NCBI RefSeq assembly: GCF_006345805.1
Contig: NC_042997.1
Coordinates: 134,416,001 to 134,480,000 of the forward strand
Reading direction: 5' to 3'
DNA length: 64,000 bases
DNA from: Octopus sinensis
Taxonomy: Eukaryota
The first letter of the stretch is position 1, and the number at the start of each line of letters is the position of its first letter. Shown here piece by piece: positions 1 to 11,101 of this stretch. The position numbers and the translations under genes are program-made. The notes beneath the pieces were generated by a model. That model worked only from the letters and a program-made list of their open reading frames with translations, was not told the origin of the DNA and did no database searches.

Positions 1-1409
1 CTGATACAGCCCAGATCGGCCATATCAGGATTGCTGAAAACAGAGCAGTATTGTTTCTGCAGTATCTCGGCCATGGATTTGGCATTATCTTGGAGAGTGC
101 CAGTTTCGTCAATTAGAGGGCCTACAGTGGAGACAGTGACCCTGCGTTTCCTCGCAAATGAAAAGAACACTTAGGGGTTGAGTTTGATTTTTTCAATGGC
201 CCACTTCTCCTCAGCTGATCTTTGGTTATTGATGAGGGTCTTCATGCATTGTTGGAGGTTATATTTTTTGGATTCAAGCAGTGCGATAGCCGTCGAATGT
301 GTGTGTTGCTGTTGGCAGTACTTTAGTTTGTTAATTTTTTTGTTTGTTCTTTTTATTTTTCTGATAATGGTTTTTCTGTTTTGGGGGATTCTGCACTTTT
401 TGTTCACAGGTCTTGGTGGGGAGTGTTTTGCACATATGTCTGTGACGGTGTCTACAAAGATCTGCCAAGATGTTTTATGGTTGGTGGAGATGTGTGTATG
501 TGTAAAGGACCAGTCAACATTTAATAGCTCGTTCCTAATTGCATCCCAGTTGGCTTTATGGAGATCCATGTTGTCAAATGGGTGGTCTGGAGGAAGGTCA
601 CTAGGATTAGCTTTCGGCCGGTGGAATTTCATGTTACAGAGAACCATGTCATGGTCTGAAAGAAGGGTTTTTTCCACTGTAACGTTATGTATAGTGTTAG
701 TGTGGTTACTAAACACTAGGTCCAAAATGTTCTGATGTCTTGTTGGTGCAAGGACAAGTTGGGACAAGAAAAACTCATTCGTAAAGTCGAAAAGTGACTC
801 TGCTGCTTCTTTGTCAGCGGTTGAGGCGGGAGTGCTTGGTTTCAAACAGTTTGTAGTCCAGTCAACACAGGGTAGATTGAAGTCTCCCATCATGAGTATG
901 TTGCTAGAATGGCACTGTTGAATAAAGCACTTAATGCTGTTGAGGCATTCTTTAAAGCACAGTATGGGTGTTTGGGGCGGCCTATAGCGCCCAATTACTG
1001 TCAGGTCATTGGCTTTGTTGTGCACGGTGACTGATTCACAGTAGCCGTTGGAGAATATACTATTTCCATCTGCCGTAAATGAATCATGCAGGAAAATGGC
1101 AGTTCCACCCTTCCTCCTGCCGATACGATCCGCGCGGATGGTTGTGAAATTCTTCACTCTCACTTCGGCTTCCAAGTGGGAGTTGTCAAGGTGGGTCTCA
1201 GTGAGAATGAAGAAAGGGATGTGGTGTGAATGGTTACCAACCCAGTCTTCAATGAATTGGACCTTCCAATTTTGTGCATTGATGGAAGGGCTGACACCTT
1301 GTGCATTGAGTAGGAATGTGGAGGTTAGTGTAGTGGCTGGTTTTGACTGTTGCAGGGGGCTTGGATTTTTTGTGTGTGTTAGTGGCAGCAATGTGGGGAA
1401 TTGGTGCAC
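1..1409 (-). mobile_element. CR1-type LINE ORF2 N-terminal part (APE endonuclease + linker), disrupted by a stop at 171-173; runs off the window edge
   Basis: ORF 171..1409 has APE motifs LLNAQG, ILTETHL, IRADR..GGTAIF, YRPP, MGDFNLP, PTRHQNILDLVF, LSDH. Beyond the stop the minus strand reads VGPLIDETG..MAEILQKQYCSVFS, a CR1-like linker. Confidence 0.9.
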
Positions 1410-1690
1410 TGGGGTAATAGCATAGGATGGTGTTGAGTGATGGCTAGAATGTTTTTGTGTATCTCTTTTGCCATGTTCAACATGGCTAAAAAAGAATTTT
1501 CCTGCTTAGGGAGCAGTTTTTGGCTGGAGGTGTGGTTGCACTGTTGGATAGGGTTGTAGTTTCCACTTTTGTTGTTGTTGTTTTTGTGTCTTCCTGAAAA
1601 GACTGGACCACCATTACTGCAGCATGGTGTGTTTCTATTTTTATTGTTATTCAGGTTTGTGTGTTGGCTTGAGGCCCCGTTTCTGTTTGT
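1410..1690 (-). mobile_element. Probable ORF1 C-terminal remnant of the same LINE, truncated at a microsatellite
   Basis: Non-repetitive coding-like sequence directly upstream of ORF2, overlapping its start (ORF 1379..1900, non-microsatellite part). Confidence 0.4.
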
Positions 1691-1697
1691 GCGTCGG

Positions 1698-1719
1698 GTA
1701 TACATACATATATATATAT

Positions 1720-1762
<43 letters not shown>

Positions 1763-1803
1763 AATATATATATATTTATATATACATATATATATATATT
1801 CAT

Positions 1804-1884
<81 letters not shown>

Positions 1885-1955
1885 ATACGAGTATATACAC
1901 GTATATACATACTTATGTTTATATATATGCATACACACATGTATATAAAATATAC
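1698..1955. repeat. Compound (TA)n/(TACA)n/(CA)n microsatellite
   Basis: Direct inspection. Confidence 0.95.
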
Positions 1956-1959
1956 ATAA

Positions 1960-2240
1960 GGCGCATGGCTCAGTGGTTAGAGCGTCGAGCCTACGATCAC
2001 GAGGTTGTGAGTTCGAATCCCGGACCGGGCTGCGTGTTGTGTTCTTGAGCAAGACACTTTATTTCACGTTGCTCCAGATCACTCAGCTGTAGAAATGAGT
2101 TGCGACGTCACAGGTGCCAAGCTTTACCTTTCCCTCGGATGATAACATTGTAGGCGACTGCTGGTCTTCTTTAAACAACCTTGCCCGGGGTAACGTCCGA
2201 GGTGCAATCCCATGGTCAGTCATGAACAAAGGGGGTCTCG
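1960..2240 (+). mobile_element. tRNA-derived SINE, family A (Meta/V-SINE-like core)
   Basis: Box A TGGCTCAGTGG (1966-1976), box B GTTCGAATCC (2011-2020), then GTGTTCTTGAGCAAGACACTT core. Related copies at about 3750-4035(+), 9322-9610(+) and 58545-58750(-), and a fragment at about 4790-5030(-). Confidence 0.85.
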
Positions 2241-2270
2241 ACACACACACGCACACACACATATATATAG

Positions 2271-2556
2271 TCTTTGACTTGTTTTAGTCATTTGACTGCG
2301 ACCATGCCAGAGCACCGCCTTAAAGGGTCTTAGCCGAACGAATCGACTCCAGGATTTATTCTTTGTAAGCCTATTCTTGGACAGCTGAACTACGGGTACA
2401 TAGACAAGCCAGCATCGGTTGTCAAGCAATAGAAGGTGGGGTTTCTTTCAGTTTCCGTCTCCCAAATCCACTCAGAAGGCTTTGGTCGGCCAGAGGCCAT
2501 ACTAGACCCTTGCCCAAGGTACCACGCAGTGGAACTGAAGTCGGAACTATGTGGTT
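2271..2556 (-). mobile_element. tRNA-derived SINE, family C, with LINE-like 3' tail
   Basis: Homologous to copies at 19982-20409(-), 26817-27238(-) and 24818-24960(+). Tail reads GGCGGTGCTCTGGCATGGTCGCAGTCAAATGACTAAAACAAG on the minus strand. Confidence 0.8.
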
Positions 2557-3648
2557 GATAATCAAGGGCCCTATCACACAGCCATGTCTGTGCGTGTATG
2601 TGAGTGTGTGAGCGCGTGTGTGTGTGTGTCTGTGTGCGTGTGTATACACACTAGCTAAGTAGCCGGAGAATTTTCACAATAGAATGACTTTATTTCGATT
2701 CAATTTTTTTTATTGTATATCAGAATACATATTCCCCGACGGATAGTTCTTTTGATCAGGACGGATTTCTACATTATTTTGGGAGCAATTTATAGTGTCT
2801 TCATGAACGAAGGATTTGTTTTCTCTTTGACGCAGGGCTGTAAAGGTTTTTATTATTTCCTATTCTTGAAAATCCTACGTAAAGCTGACCATGCGGGAAG
2901 CAGGGCTCTTTAAGTTGTACACCAAAAATGTTTGCCCTTGCGATTGTTGATAGTCATGGCAAAACTAAGATTCACTGGAAATTGAAGTTATTTGAACTGG
3001 AACGGAACAGCGTCTACTGTGTTTCTGGATCGAAGGCTCATGAGCGCTTGCAATCTCTCTCAGCATACAATGCTGGGAGAGACACAAAGAGAGACTCTTT
3101 TCTGTTGAAGTCACAGATTTTGAAATTTTAAAGTTACGTGAAATTTCTTAAATTTGGGATACTGATGTAATTGTTTACGCTCAATCCGATTTAGTGATAC
3201 TTTTTTGGCCACACAGTTACATCTGTACATATGTATTAATCCTAATTCCTACCAAGATCAATAAAAGTACCAGTCATATACTTCAGTAGTTCCCAGGCCA
3301 AAAAGTATAGCGGCTAGCGGTCAATCATGGCGGCTGACTGGACGGAAGTGGTCAGACAGGAGAGCCAAGAAGAAGGGGAGATAATAAAGTAGTGGCGATT
3401 CCAAAACGAGGGTGCGCGCGTGTGTGTATGCAAGAATGTGTAAGTATGTGCGTGTAGATAGGGGCTAGTGACATTGGTGTGTTGATGTGTGCGTGTGTCT
3501 GTAATGTGTAGGTGTGTGGATAATGGTATGGGTGCTCGGAAGTGATCAGTGATAGTGTGTGCGCTTTGGTGTGATGTGGTGTGATCTATATGTATAAATA
3601 TATACATACACGCACATATATATATTTCTCTGTTTCTTTCTCTCTCTT

Positions 3649-3701
<53 letters not shown>

Positions 3702-3749
3702 GCATATATATGTATGTGTATGTGTGTGTTCATATGTGTGAGAAATCTC

Positions 3750-4035
3750 GTGGCTAAGAGTCTAGGGTATTCGGCTCACGATCACACGAACATAGCACTG
3801 TGAGTTCGATAACCGACAGTGCGATGCCTTCTTGAACAAGACAATTTCACGTTGCCGCAGTCCACCTAGGAGGAAAAAATGTATTGTAACTGTATTTGAA
3901 GAGGCCAACCTTGTCAGATTGTGTCACACTGAGTTTCCATGAGAATTACGTTAAGGCTACATGTGTCTATGCAGTGCTCAGCCTCATGTACGCTAATATC
4001 ACGAACAGGGTCTTTCGTTGACCGGATCAGCTGGA
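3750..4035 (+). mobile_element. Degenerate SINE family A copy
   Basis: GTGAGTTCGATA B-box and CTTGAACAAGACAATTTCACGTTGC core resemble 1960-2240. Confidence 0.65.
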
Positions 4036-4111
4036 ACATTCGTCACACACACACACACACAAACACATACACACATATATACACACGCACATATGCATGT
4101 ATGTATAGATA

Positions 4112-4146
<35 letters not shown>

Positions 4147-4202
4147 TATAGTTATGTATGAATATATATATGGATATATATGTATGTGCATATATATGTG
4201 TG

Positions 4203-4247
<45 letters not shown>

Positions 4248-4250
4248 ATA

Positions 4251-4274
<24 letters not shown>

Positions 4275-4283
<9 letters not shown>

Positions 4284-4460
4284 CTTTCCTTTTATCACTC
4301 CTTGTTTCTCTCCTGTTTTTTTTCTGTGTCCCTTTCTGTAGAAGAGCGTAGGCACGAAACGTAAAATACTTTTTCTATTCATGAGCGTTATACTAATACA
4401 TCTGTTTGTTTTGTACACCACCTGTCTTCGTCTTTTGTTTTTTTCGTAAACACTCCCTAT
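4275..4460 (+). repeat. Dispersed ~190-bp (TA)n-flanked repeat carrying a hammerhead-like motif
   Basis: Near-identical text (gaagagcgtaggc.cgaaacgtaaaa.act...ctgtcttcgtctttt) at about 43965-44140, 53945-54130 and 55735-55862; partial at 53665-53760. Confidence 0.85.
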
Positions 4461-5401
4461 ATATATATATATGAAACATCAATTTGGCAATTCACAATTT
4501 ATAACCGAAAGGCAACAAGTATAGACACCACTAAAGTTGCGGAGGGTACTAGTCAGCCCCACCATTGCTAGAAATAAGAGTAAAAAACAATTCTTAGCCA
4601 AGTAAGAACACTATTCTGAAGACTAACAAGGTAGACAAGTTCCCTGAGGTAGGTGAGATGGTGTTATATCAACACTGATTTCAGATTTGATTAATCTTCA
4701 CCTTACAGAAAACTACTTCCTCGCTCAAAATTCGTTGGCAGGAGGTCCAGGATACACCAATCATAACAAGTTCGTCAATCCTTTGGGGACTGTTCTACAA
4801 AATCACTCTGTAAATTTGCATGATATTTTCATTTGTTCGAAAGAGTGATGGTTGTCATGAATGAAACGTTTCTTCGAGCAAAAAATGACCATAGCTAAAG
4901 CGTGGAAGCAACCCGTAAGTTTGTGTTTTACACTTCATAGACACGTGTAACCTAAGCATAATTCTCTGGAAAATTTAGTGTGACACACGGAATCTGACAA
5001 GGCTGGTCTTTTGAAGTACCAGTACCTTTAATTTTTTTTTCCTTCTGGGTGGATTCTGACAACATAAGCTGTTTGAAGCATGACAATCGTTTCGGCCGCC
5101 GTTTTCTCTAGCAGTAAACAGAATTTCACAGAAGCACACTGTTCTCTCGTTTCAGCTATCACAAAAAAATCGAGAAACAACGGAGTAGCACTGTAAAAGT
5201 AAGATGCACCACATAGCAATAGGATATAATCGTTAGGACATGACCAATCTGACGGTCATCACATTGATACCTGAGGGTAGCATCAAGTGGGTTCTAGTAG
5301 CAGATGCCTGAACTACAACGGGCTCGTCCCACAGAGAATGTTTCCTGTTAGTTTTGGATACCTCCCTCGTATATGTATAATACATTAAAAGTCAGTTTGA
5401 A

Positions 5402-6285
5402 TCTTGGTTGCTTGCTTGCTTACTTGCTTGCCATGTTACCCAACCGAACTGGCGCATAATGGGAAAATACTTTGAATTAAGTTTACCATGAAATATTAAT
5501 ACGAACGGAATAAAGCAAGTTTCGCGTAAATGGGACTAGAAGTTTTAGAGATATTAAAGCTTTTCGGGTCTAAATACCCAAAACGGTGCATAATGGGAAA
5601 ATATTCGGAAAATATTTCTTAATTCTGAAAGGGACGGAACTCTTATCTTTCGATTAGACACAGACACTCGACAACGAAAAAATATGCGCTTTTAACTGTA
5701 AATGTTTCTATTTTCGCTTCAGTTAAATACAATATTTTAATCATTTAGAAATATTTTTAAGTGAATTAATTTCAAAAATGTAAGTTGTTTGTACAGTAAG
5801 TATTTATATTCTAGATTTCTTTAAACAGACAATAGTTTAATGTTTTAAAATTATTACAAAAGTATCTTTTGCATATTTAAAAAATATTTTAAAGTAAAAG
5901 TAACTTTAAAAATACGGTAAATATTTCGTAAAAGACCCTTCGTAACCTCGGTGTGAAATAGTGTTTTTTTCTATAAGTTTTTTTACCTAGTTAATTAAAC
6001 GTATCTCACTTCGAAAGATTTGGCTGCTATTTCTAGCACACCCTGCTACCTCGTAACTACTATTTACGATAAACGACCTCAAATACCTGTTACGTGGTTG
6101 TAGAGCATACAAGAAATAGCAGCCAAATCTTTCATTTTCTGGGGCCATTTACGCGTGCTTTCGATGTCACATTCGTTGAAAGCATGCGAAATAACCTGGA
6201 AAAGAAAAAACCCACGAAACAGAACTCCATTGCTGGGAAAATCAGTTTCCCGGTGACCCATCGGGTCACGGATCGTCTAATCTAG
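5402..6285 (+). mobile_element. Candidate non-autonomous Helitron
   Basis: 3' hairpin GTGACCC-ATC-GGGTCAC (6253-6269) 12 nt before CTAG|T (6282-6286). Possible A|TC 5' end at 5401/5402, which is weakly defined. Short (GCTT)n near the 5' end. Confidence 0.45.
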
Positions 6286-6489
6286 TATATATACATATAT
6301 ATTTTGCTTTTCTATATCTTGTTTATATCTTTTTGTTTCTACAATATTTGATATAGCTCTTTATTTACTGCTATACCTAAAAGGTGTGCATCAGAGATTT
6401 CCATAATTCTTGTTAAATTTCTTTATGCAGCTTACATTAGTACCATTAGTATAGTATATGTCATTATTATAATATTATCTCTCTCGCAG

Positions 6490-7005
6490 GCTGTCATCCT
6501 GATTGTACCGCTCCTCTTCAGTTACAGCTTGATTGTATCATCAGCCTGGGTAACATGTAAAAGACGCAATGACTTAAAAGTGGAATACTCCAAGCTGCTC
6601 AAGAATAACGTTGGATATACTTTCTATCTACCAGCTGAAATGGCTCCTGTCAAATCATGTGATCCACCACGGGCCGTTGGAGGAACACAGTGTAAATTTT
6701 TTTTCGAGAATCCTAAAGATATCCGTGATCGTTCACTCTGTCCTTGGTACCTAAACGTTACTCATGATCCAACACTTTACCCTCCATCACGTACTGAAGC
6801 AGTGTGTCGATGCACAAAATGTCGGAATCAACATTCGAATAACGTATGTATTACAGTATTCTCTAAAATGACTGTCCTCAAACGCTCAAGTACATGCATT
6901 GATGGAATGTATATGTATAGACCGAGTGAAATTAAAGTAGCAACAGCCTGCGTGTGTGCAACTCAAATCGAAGCCAAATATACTAACAATCCATTTGAAG
7001 AATAA
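6490..7005 (+). CDS. IL17: Interleukin-17-family cytokine, terminal coding exon (paralogue 1)
   Basis: Acceptor tctctctcgcag|6490 gives in-frame hydrophobic AVILIVPLLFSYSLIVSSA (signal peptide remainder). Cystine-knot motifs RSLCPWY..DP..P..EAVCRC, VLKR, KVATACVCA; stop TAA 7003-7005. First exon not found. Confidence 0.9.
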   Translation, partial: AVILIVPLLFSYSLIVSSAWVTCKRRNDLKVEYSKLLKNNVGYTFYLPAEMAPVKSCDPPRAVGGTQCKFFFENPKDIRDRSLCPWYLNVTHDPTLYPPSRTEAVCRCTKCRNQHSNNVCITVFSKMTVLKRSSTCIDGMYMYRPSEIKVATACVCATQIEAKYTNNPFEE

Positions 7006-7377
7006 TAACGGACAATATGAATTTTGAATGAGAAAACTGTTCATAATTTTTTTAAAATTCAGCTGGTGAAATATGCGATCACATATGCATACCCATAGGA
7101 GCACGCACGCACGCACGCATAATTTACTATTTTTATAAATACCTAAACATTATATATACATATAATACAATCATATTTCATAAAACGAAAGATACTTCGT
7201 CATATTTACTTAGTATACAACGTAGTACCATCAGACTTACTGTTAGTAATGTAAGTATAATGGCAGAAAATTTAGTGTCATCTTATATTCGTTGCAGTAT
7301 TTAGAGACAACTTATGTACATATAACATTGGAGAGGATTTCCACTGTTATTTATTTGGGTTCAGATAAATATAAGCA

Positions 7378-7458
<81 letters not shown>
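7378..7458. repeat. (TCTA)n microsatellite
   Basis: Direct inspection. Confidence 0.95.
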
Positions 7459-7459
<1 letters not shown>

Positions 7460-7619
7460 GATTGGTCGAGAAAGACCACGCGGTGACACAGCATGTTGTT
7501 GGTATTTCTGCGACAACAATTACTTTGAAAATACTGCATGGTGTACAGGAAATCGATCATGTGATAGATAGGAAATCGGTCGAGTTGTTGAAGAGGAAAT
7601 AAGAAAGGGTGGTATGAGG

Positions 7620-8140
7620 TGTAGCTATGCGAGTTTATACGTATACGTGGGTGTATGTGCTTATGTGTTTATGTGTGTGCGTTTGTGAGTATGTGTGCAT
7701 AAATGTACCAGCGTACATCCATCCACACACACTCACGCGCACACACACAGATATATACATGTATGTATATATGTGTGTGTGTGCGTATATATAAGTTTTT
7801 GCGTGTATACACATAATTACAACGGGCGCACGCGCTTATATGTATACGGCATAGAGCGCGTGTGTGTGTGCATAATAGTGTGTATGTTGGTGTGCATACA
7901 GTATGCACATGTATATGCGGATGCATGTATATATAGTGATGTGTGCATTTGCATCCATGCGTGTGCATGCATGTATACATAGTTATACTTACACACACAC
8001 ACATAGATACACACACATATATGTACATACATACACATGCACCCAAACAGGCATGCACACACACACACACAAGATGCGTGCGTGCGCACATGTACGTCCG
8101 CACATGTACGTCCGTGTGCGCTTGCATGCATACACTTGTG
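7620..8140. repeat. Degenerate (CA/TG)-rich low-complexity tract
   Basis: Direct inspection; source of several spurious H/T/V/C/Y-rich ORFs. Confidence 0.9.
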
Positions 8141-8398
8141 GTTATGTACAAGGGGTGAGAGTATGCGGGTTGACAGGCATGAACAAGCGTTGGGGATTGG
8201 TTATTGACAGTCTTGCTCACGGGGGTTGTTTGGTGACGGTGACATTGATGCAGGCAGTGCAGAAACGTTAGTACTTAGGTGATATACCCATGGCTTGAAA
8301 TTTACCAGAAGCGCATACTTCAGATGACAGTTGTAGGATAAATCATATTTCTTGTTGATGGGTACTGAGGGTTGGTAGGTGATGCGTAGGTGATGGAA

Positions 8399-8645
8399 AG
8401 CGGCGAGCTGGCAGAAACGTTAGCACGCCGGGCGAAATGCGCAGCCGTATTTCGTCTGCCGTTACGTTCTGAGTTCAAATTCCGCCGAGGTCGACTTTGC
8501 CTTTCATCCTTTCGGGGTCGATTAAATATGTACCAGTTACGCACTAGGGTCGATATAATCGAATTAATCCGTTTGTCTGTTCTTGTTAGTCTGTTCTTGT
8601 TTGTCCTCTCTGTGTTTAGCTTCTTCTGGGTAGTAAAGAAATAGG
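8399..8645 (+). mobile_element. tRNA-derived SINE, family B
   Basis: GGCGAGCTGGCAGAAACGTTAGCACGCCGGGCGAAATGC..GAGTTCAAATTCC. Nearly identical copy at 19418-19632; others at about 10770-10930(-), 20960-21940(-, several), 34905-35070(-), 42372-42500(+) and 61370-61560(-). Confidence 0.85.
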
Positions 8646-8996
8646 TGACGTGCAGTATTTTGCATAGGCAGCGCTAGAAATTCGGGGTGCCGGGTGAATA
8701 TGGTGGATCCCTGTCGACAGTAGTCCGCTTGATGCTGGGTGTTTCGTCTTGGAGGTTACGGGATCTCCAGAGAAAGTGAGACAAAGAAGCAGACTTCTCT
8801 CTCTTCGTGATCGATTTCCTATCCACCACGCAGTATTTTCCAGGGACTGAAGATCGGCCCCACGGTTTGAAACTTAAAGTACGGAGGAATTTGAATCCAA
8901 CTGTTTTGATACATACGTGTATCTCCCAATAAGTGTGTTGAGCGCTCTTTTTCGTTTGTCACTCACTCGTATATATATATATATAATATATATATA

Positions 8997-9035
<39 letters not shown>

Positions 9036-9129
9036 ATCCAAACAAGAAAACACAAAAAAACACAACAACGCGAGGACGTGGAACAAATATAGTATTATTG
9101 GACGCTCAGGAAAGAAGGGGAGAAGGAGG

Positions 9130-9164
9130 GTTTAACGTTTCGAGCGGAGCTCTTCGTCGGAAAC
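9130..9164 (-). ncRNA. Minimal hammerhead-ribozyme-like motif, zero-loop stem III, inside a (TA)n-flanked repeat
   Basis: Minus strand GTTT-CCGACGA-A-GAG(CTCCG)CTC-GAAAC-GTT-AAAC. Confidence 0.5.
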
Positions 9165-9321
9165 ATAGGAGGAAAGATCCACAGAAGGGAAGACAGAGGA
9201 AAAAAAGTCGCCAACGGTACACACGAGGTCACATGTGTGTGTGTATATATATATATATACACACACACATATGCATTTATATGTGTGTGTATGTGAGTGC
9301 GCGCGCGTGTGTGTGTGCGAA

Positions 9322-9609
9322 GGCGCATGGCTAAGTGGTTAAGGTAATGCACTCTCGATTGCAATATCGTGGGTTCCATTCTGAGACCGAGCGTTGCATT
9401 GTGTTCTCGAGGAAAGCACTTCACTTCACGTTACTCTGCGATCATTTTGACATGTGGCACCCGCTGCACCTGTACTGGTAATGTCGATCTCATGGAGGGA
9501 GTGAGCTTATGTCTACACAAATATTTGATCACTATAAACAGATCATCTGTGTGGTTGTCCAGTAAGAAATTATCCAACCGTCATACGTCGTCTAACGACG
9601 GAAGAGTCC

Positions 9610-9610
<1 letters not shown>
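9322..9610 (+). mobile_element. SINE family A-related copy
   Basis: GGCGCATGGCTAAGTGGTTAAG head; GTGTTCTCGAGGAAAGCACTTCACTTCACGTT core. Confidence 0.65.
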
Positions 9611-9651
<41 letters not shown>

Positions 9652-11059
9652 CGAGTAAGCACATAGATATGAAACAAGGTGGGAAAAGTAGTATTCGAAT
9701 AACAGAGTAGTATACTGTGCTATTAAAAGTGCAAGAAAATCGCAAAACATCACAATGAACAGGAACGTGAATATGAGAGCAGATTTTGTGATGTGTATGT
9801 AGTTTCAATAATAAAGTATTTATAATTACGAACAAGAAAAATAGAGTAAAACAGTCCTTTTATTACATCAATTTCCAAATGTTTTATTTGAATGCAATTT
9901 CATCAGTCTTGCTATATTATGCAATACTATTTATTTCTAACTGTTACTTCTTAAGGTGTCATTGAAATGACAAATACCGAATCAAACACATCATGATCAT
10001 CCAGTTTCACTGCTTACACGCATTCTCGTGGTACACTGTCGCTATCCAATCTTATTCTTCAACATATTTGGCAGTTCAGAGAGTGTATTTTTCTGGAAAG
10101 TAAATTAGGTGGAGCAGTATAAGAGTGAATTTCATTGTCACCTTTAGAGATCGACTAACAAATGAGCGATTGCATGTCTAACACCCTCCAGTATTAGACA
10201 TCAGAAGAGAAGTAGGGTCAGATTAGCGGCTAAATGCTGGAGAGTTAAAGACGAAATTGTTAGTGAAGATCTTTTACGAGATCCTACACAAGGAAGGGCT
10301 AGGAAGGGACGTCAAGCCGAGACACATATCAAACCCATATATATATATATACATATAAAGTTATAAATGACGAGAGAAATAGCATGAGGAAATTTGTAAA
10401 CCATTGTAAAATTCATAAATCATAACAAATTGTTTCGTAAATCAGGGCATGAAAATGTACTTTATTTTATTATATTTAATAATAAATAAACTACATATTT
10501 GCATTAATACAAATACTCATTGAATTCAATGCATAAATTATTTCTATGTATATATTTAACAAGGATTTTCTTTTCACATAATGAGGATTGATTTGTGCAT
10601 CGATTTAAAAGATTAATTTTAAATCAAATTGCTTACACTTGTAAATAATTTATTTATTATTAAATAAAATAAAATAAATTATCTTTGCATGCTTTAAGTT
10701 ACGAAATTTGTTGTGATATATGAATTTTCCAATGGCTAAATAAATTTCATGATAGTATTTCTTACGTCATTTATAACTTTATATACACTCCCTATGGTTC
10801 AATTACATCGAACCCAGTATTCAAGTGGTACTTACTTTATCGACTCCGAAGGAATGAATTTGAATTTAGAACGTATAGTGATGGGTGAAATATCGCTATA
10901 CGTTTCGTCCAATGCGTTAACGATTCTGCTGCTTTGCTGCCTTTATATATATATATATATTATATTAAATTAGAGATAAAACCACTATTAGGCAAATCAA
11001 ACAGTGAAAAACATATGTATGTATATATATATATGTATATACATATATATATATATATG

Positions 11060-11101
<42 letters not shown>

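Noticed and set aside
178-735. Hydrophobic 185-aa plus-strand ORF
   Set aside because: Antisense shadow of the LINE endonuclease ORF.
1960-2030. tRNA gene-like sequence with A and B boxes
   Set aside because: No complete cloverleaf; it continues into a SINE body with multiple dispersed copies.
5775-5801. AT|GTAAGT and ACA|GTAAGT donors as IL-17 first exon
   Set aside because: Joining to 6490 gives the wrong frame or an immediate stop, and the sites lie within the candidate Helitron.
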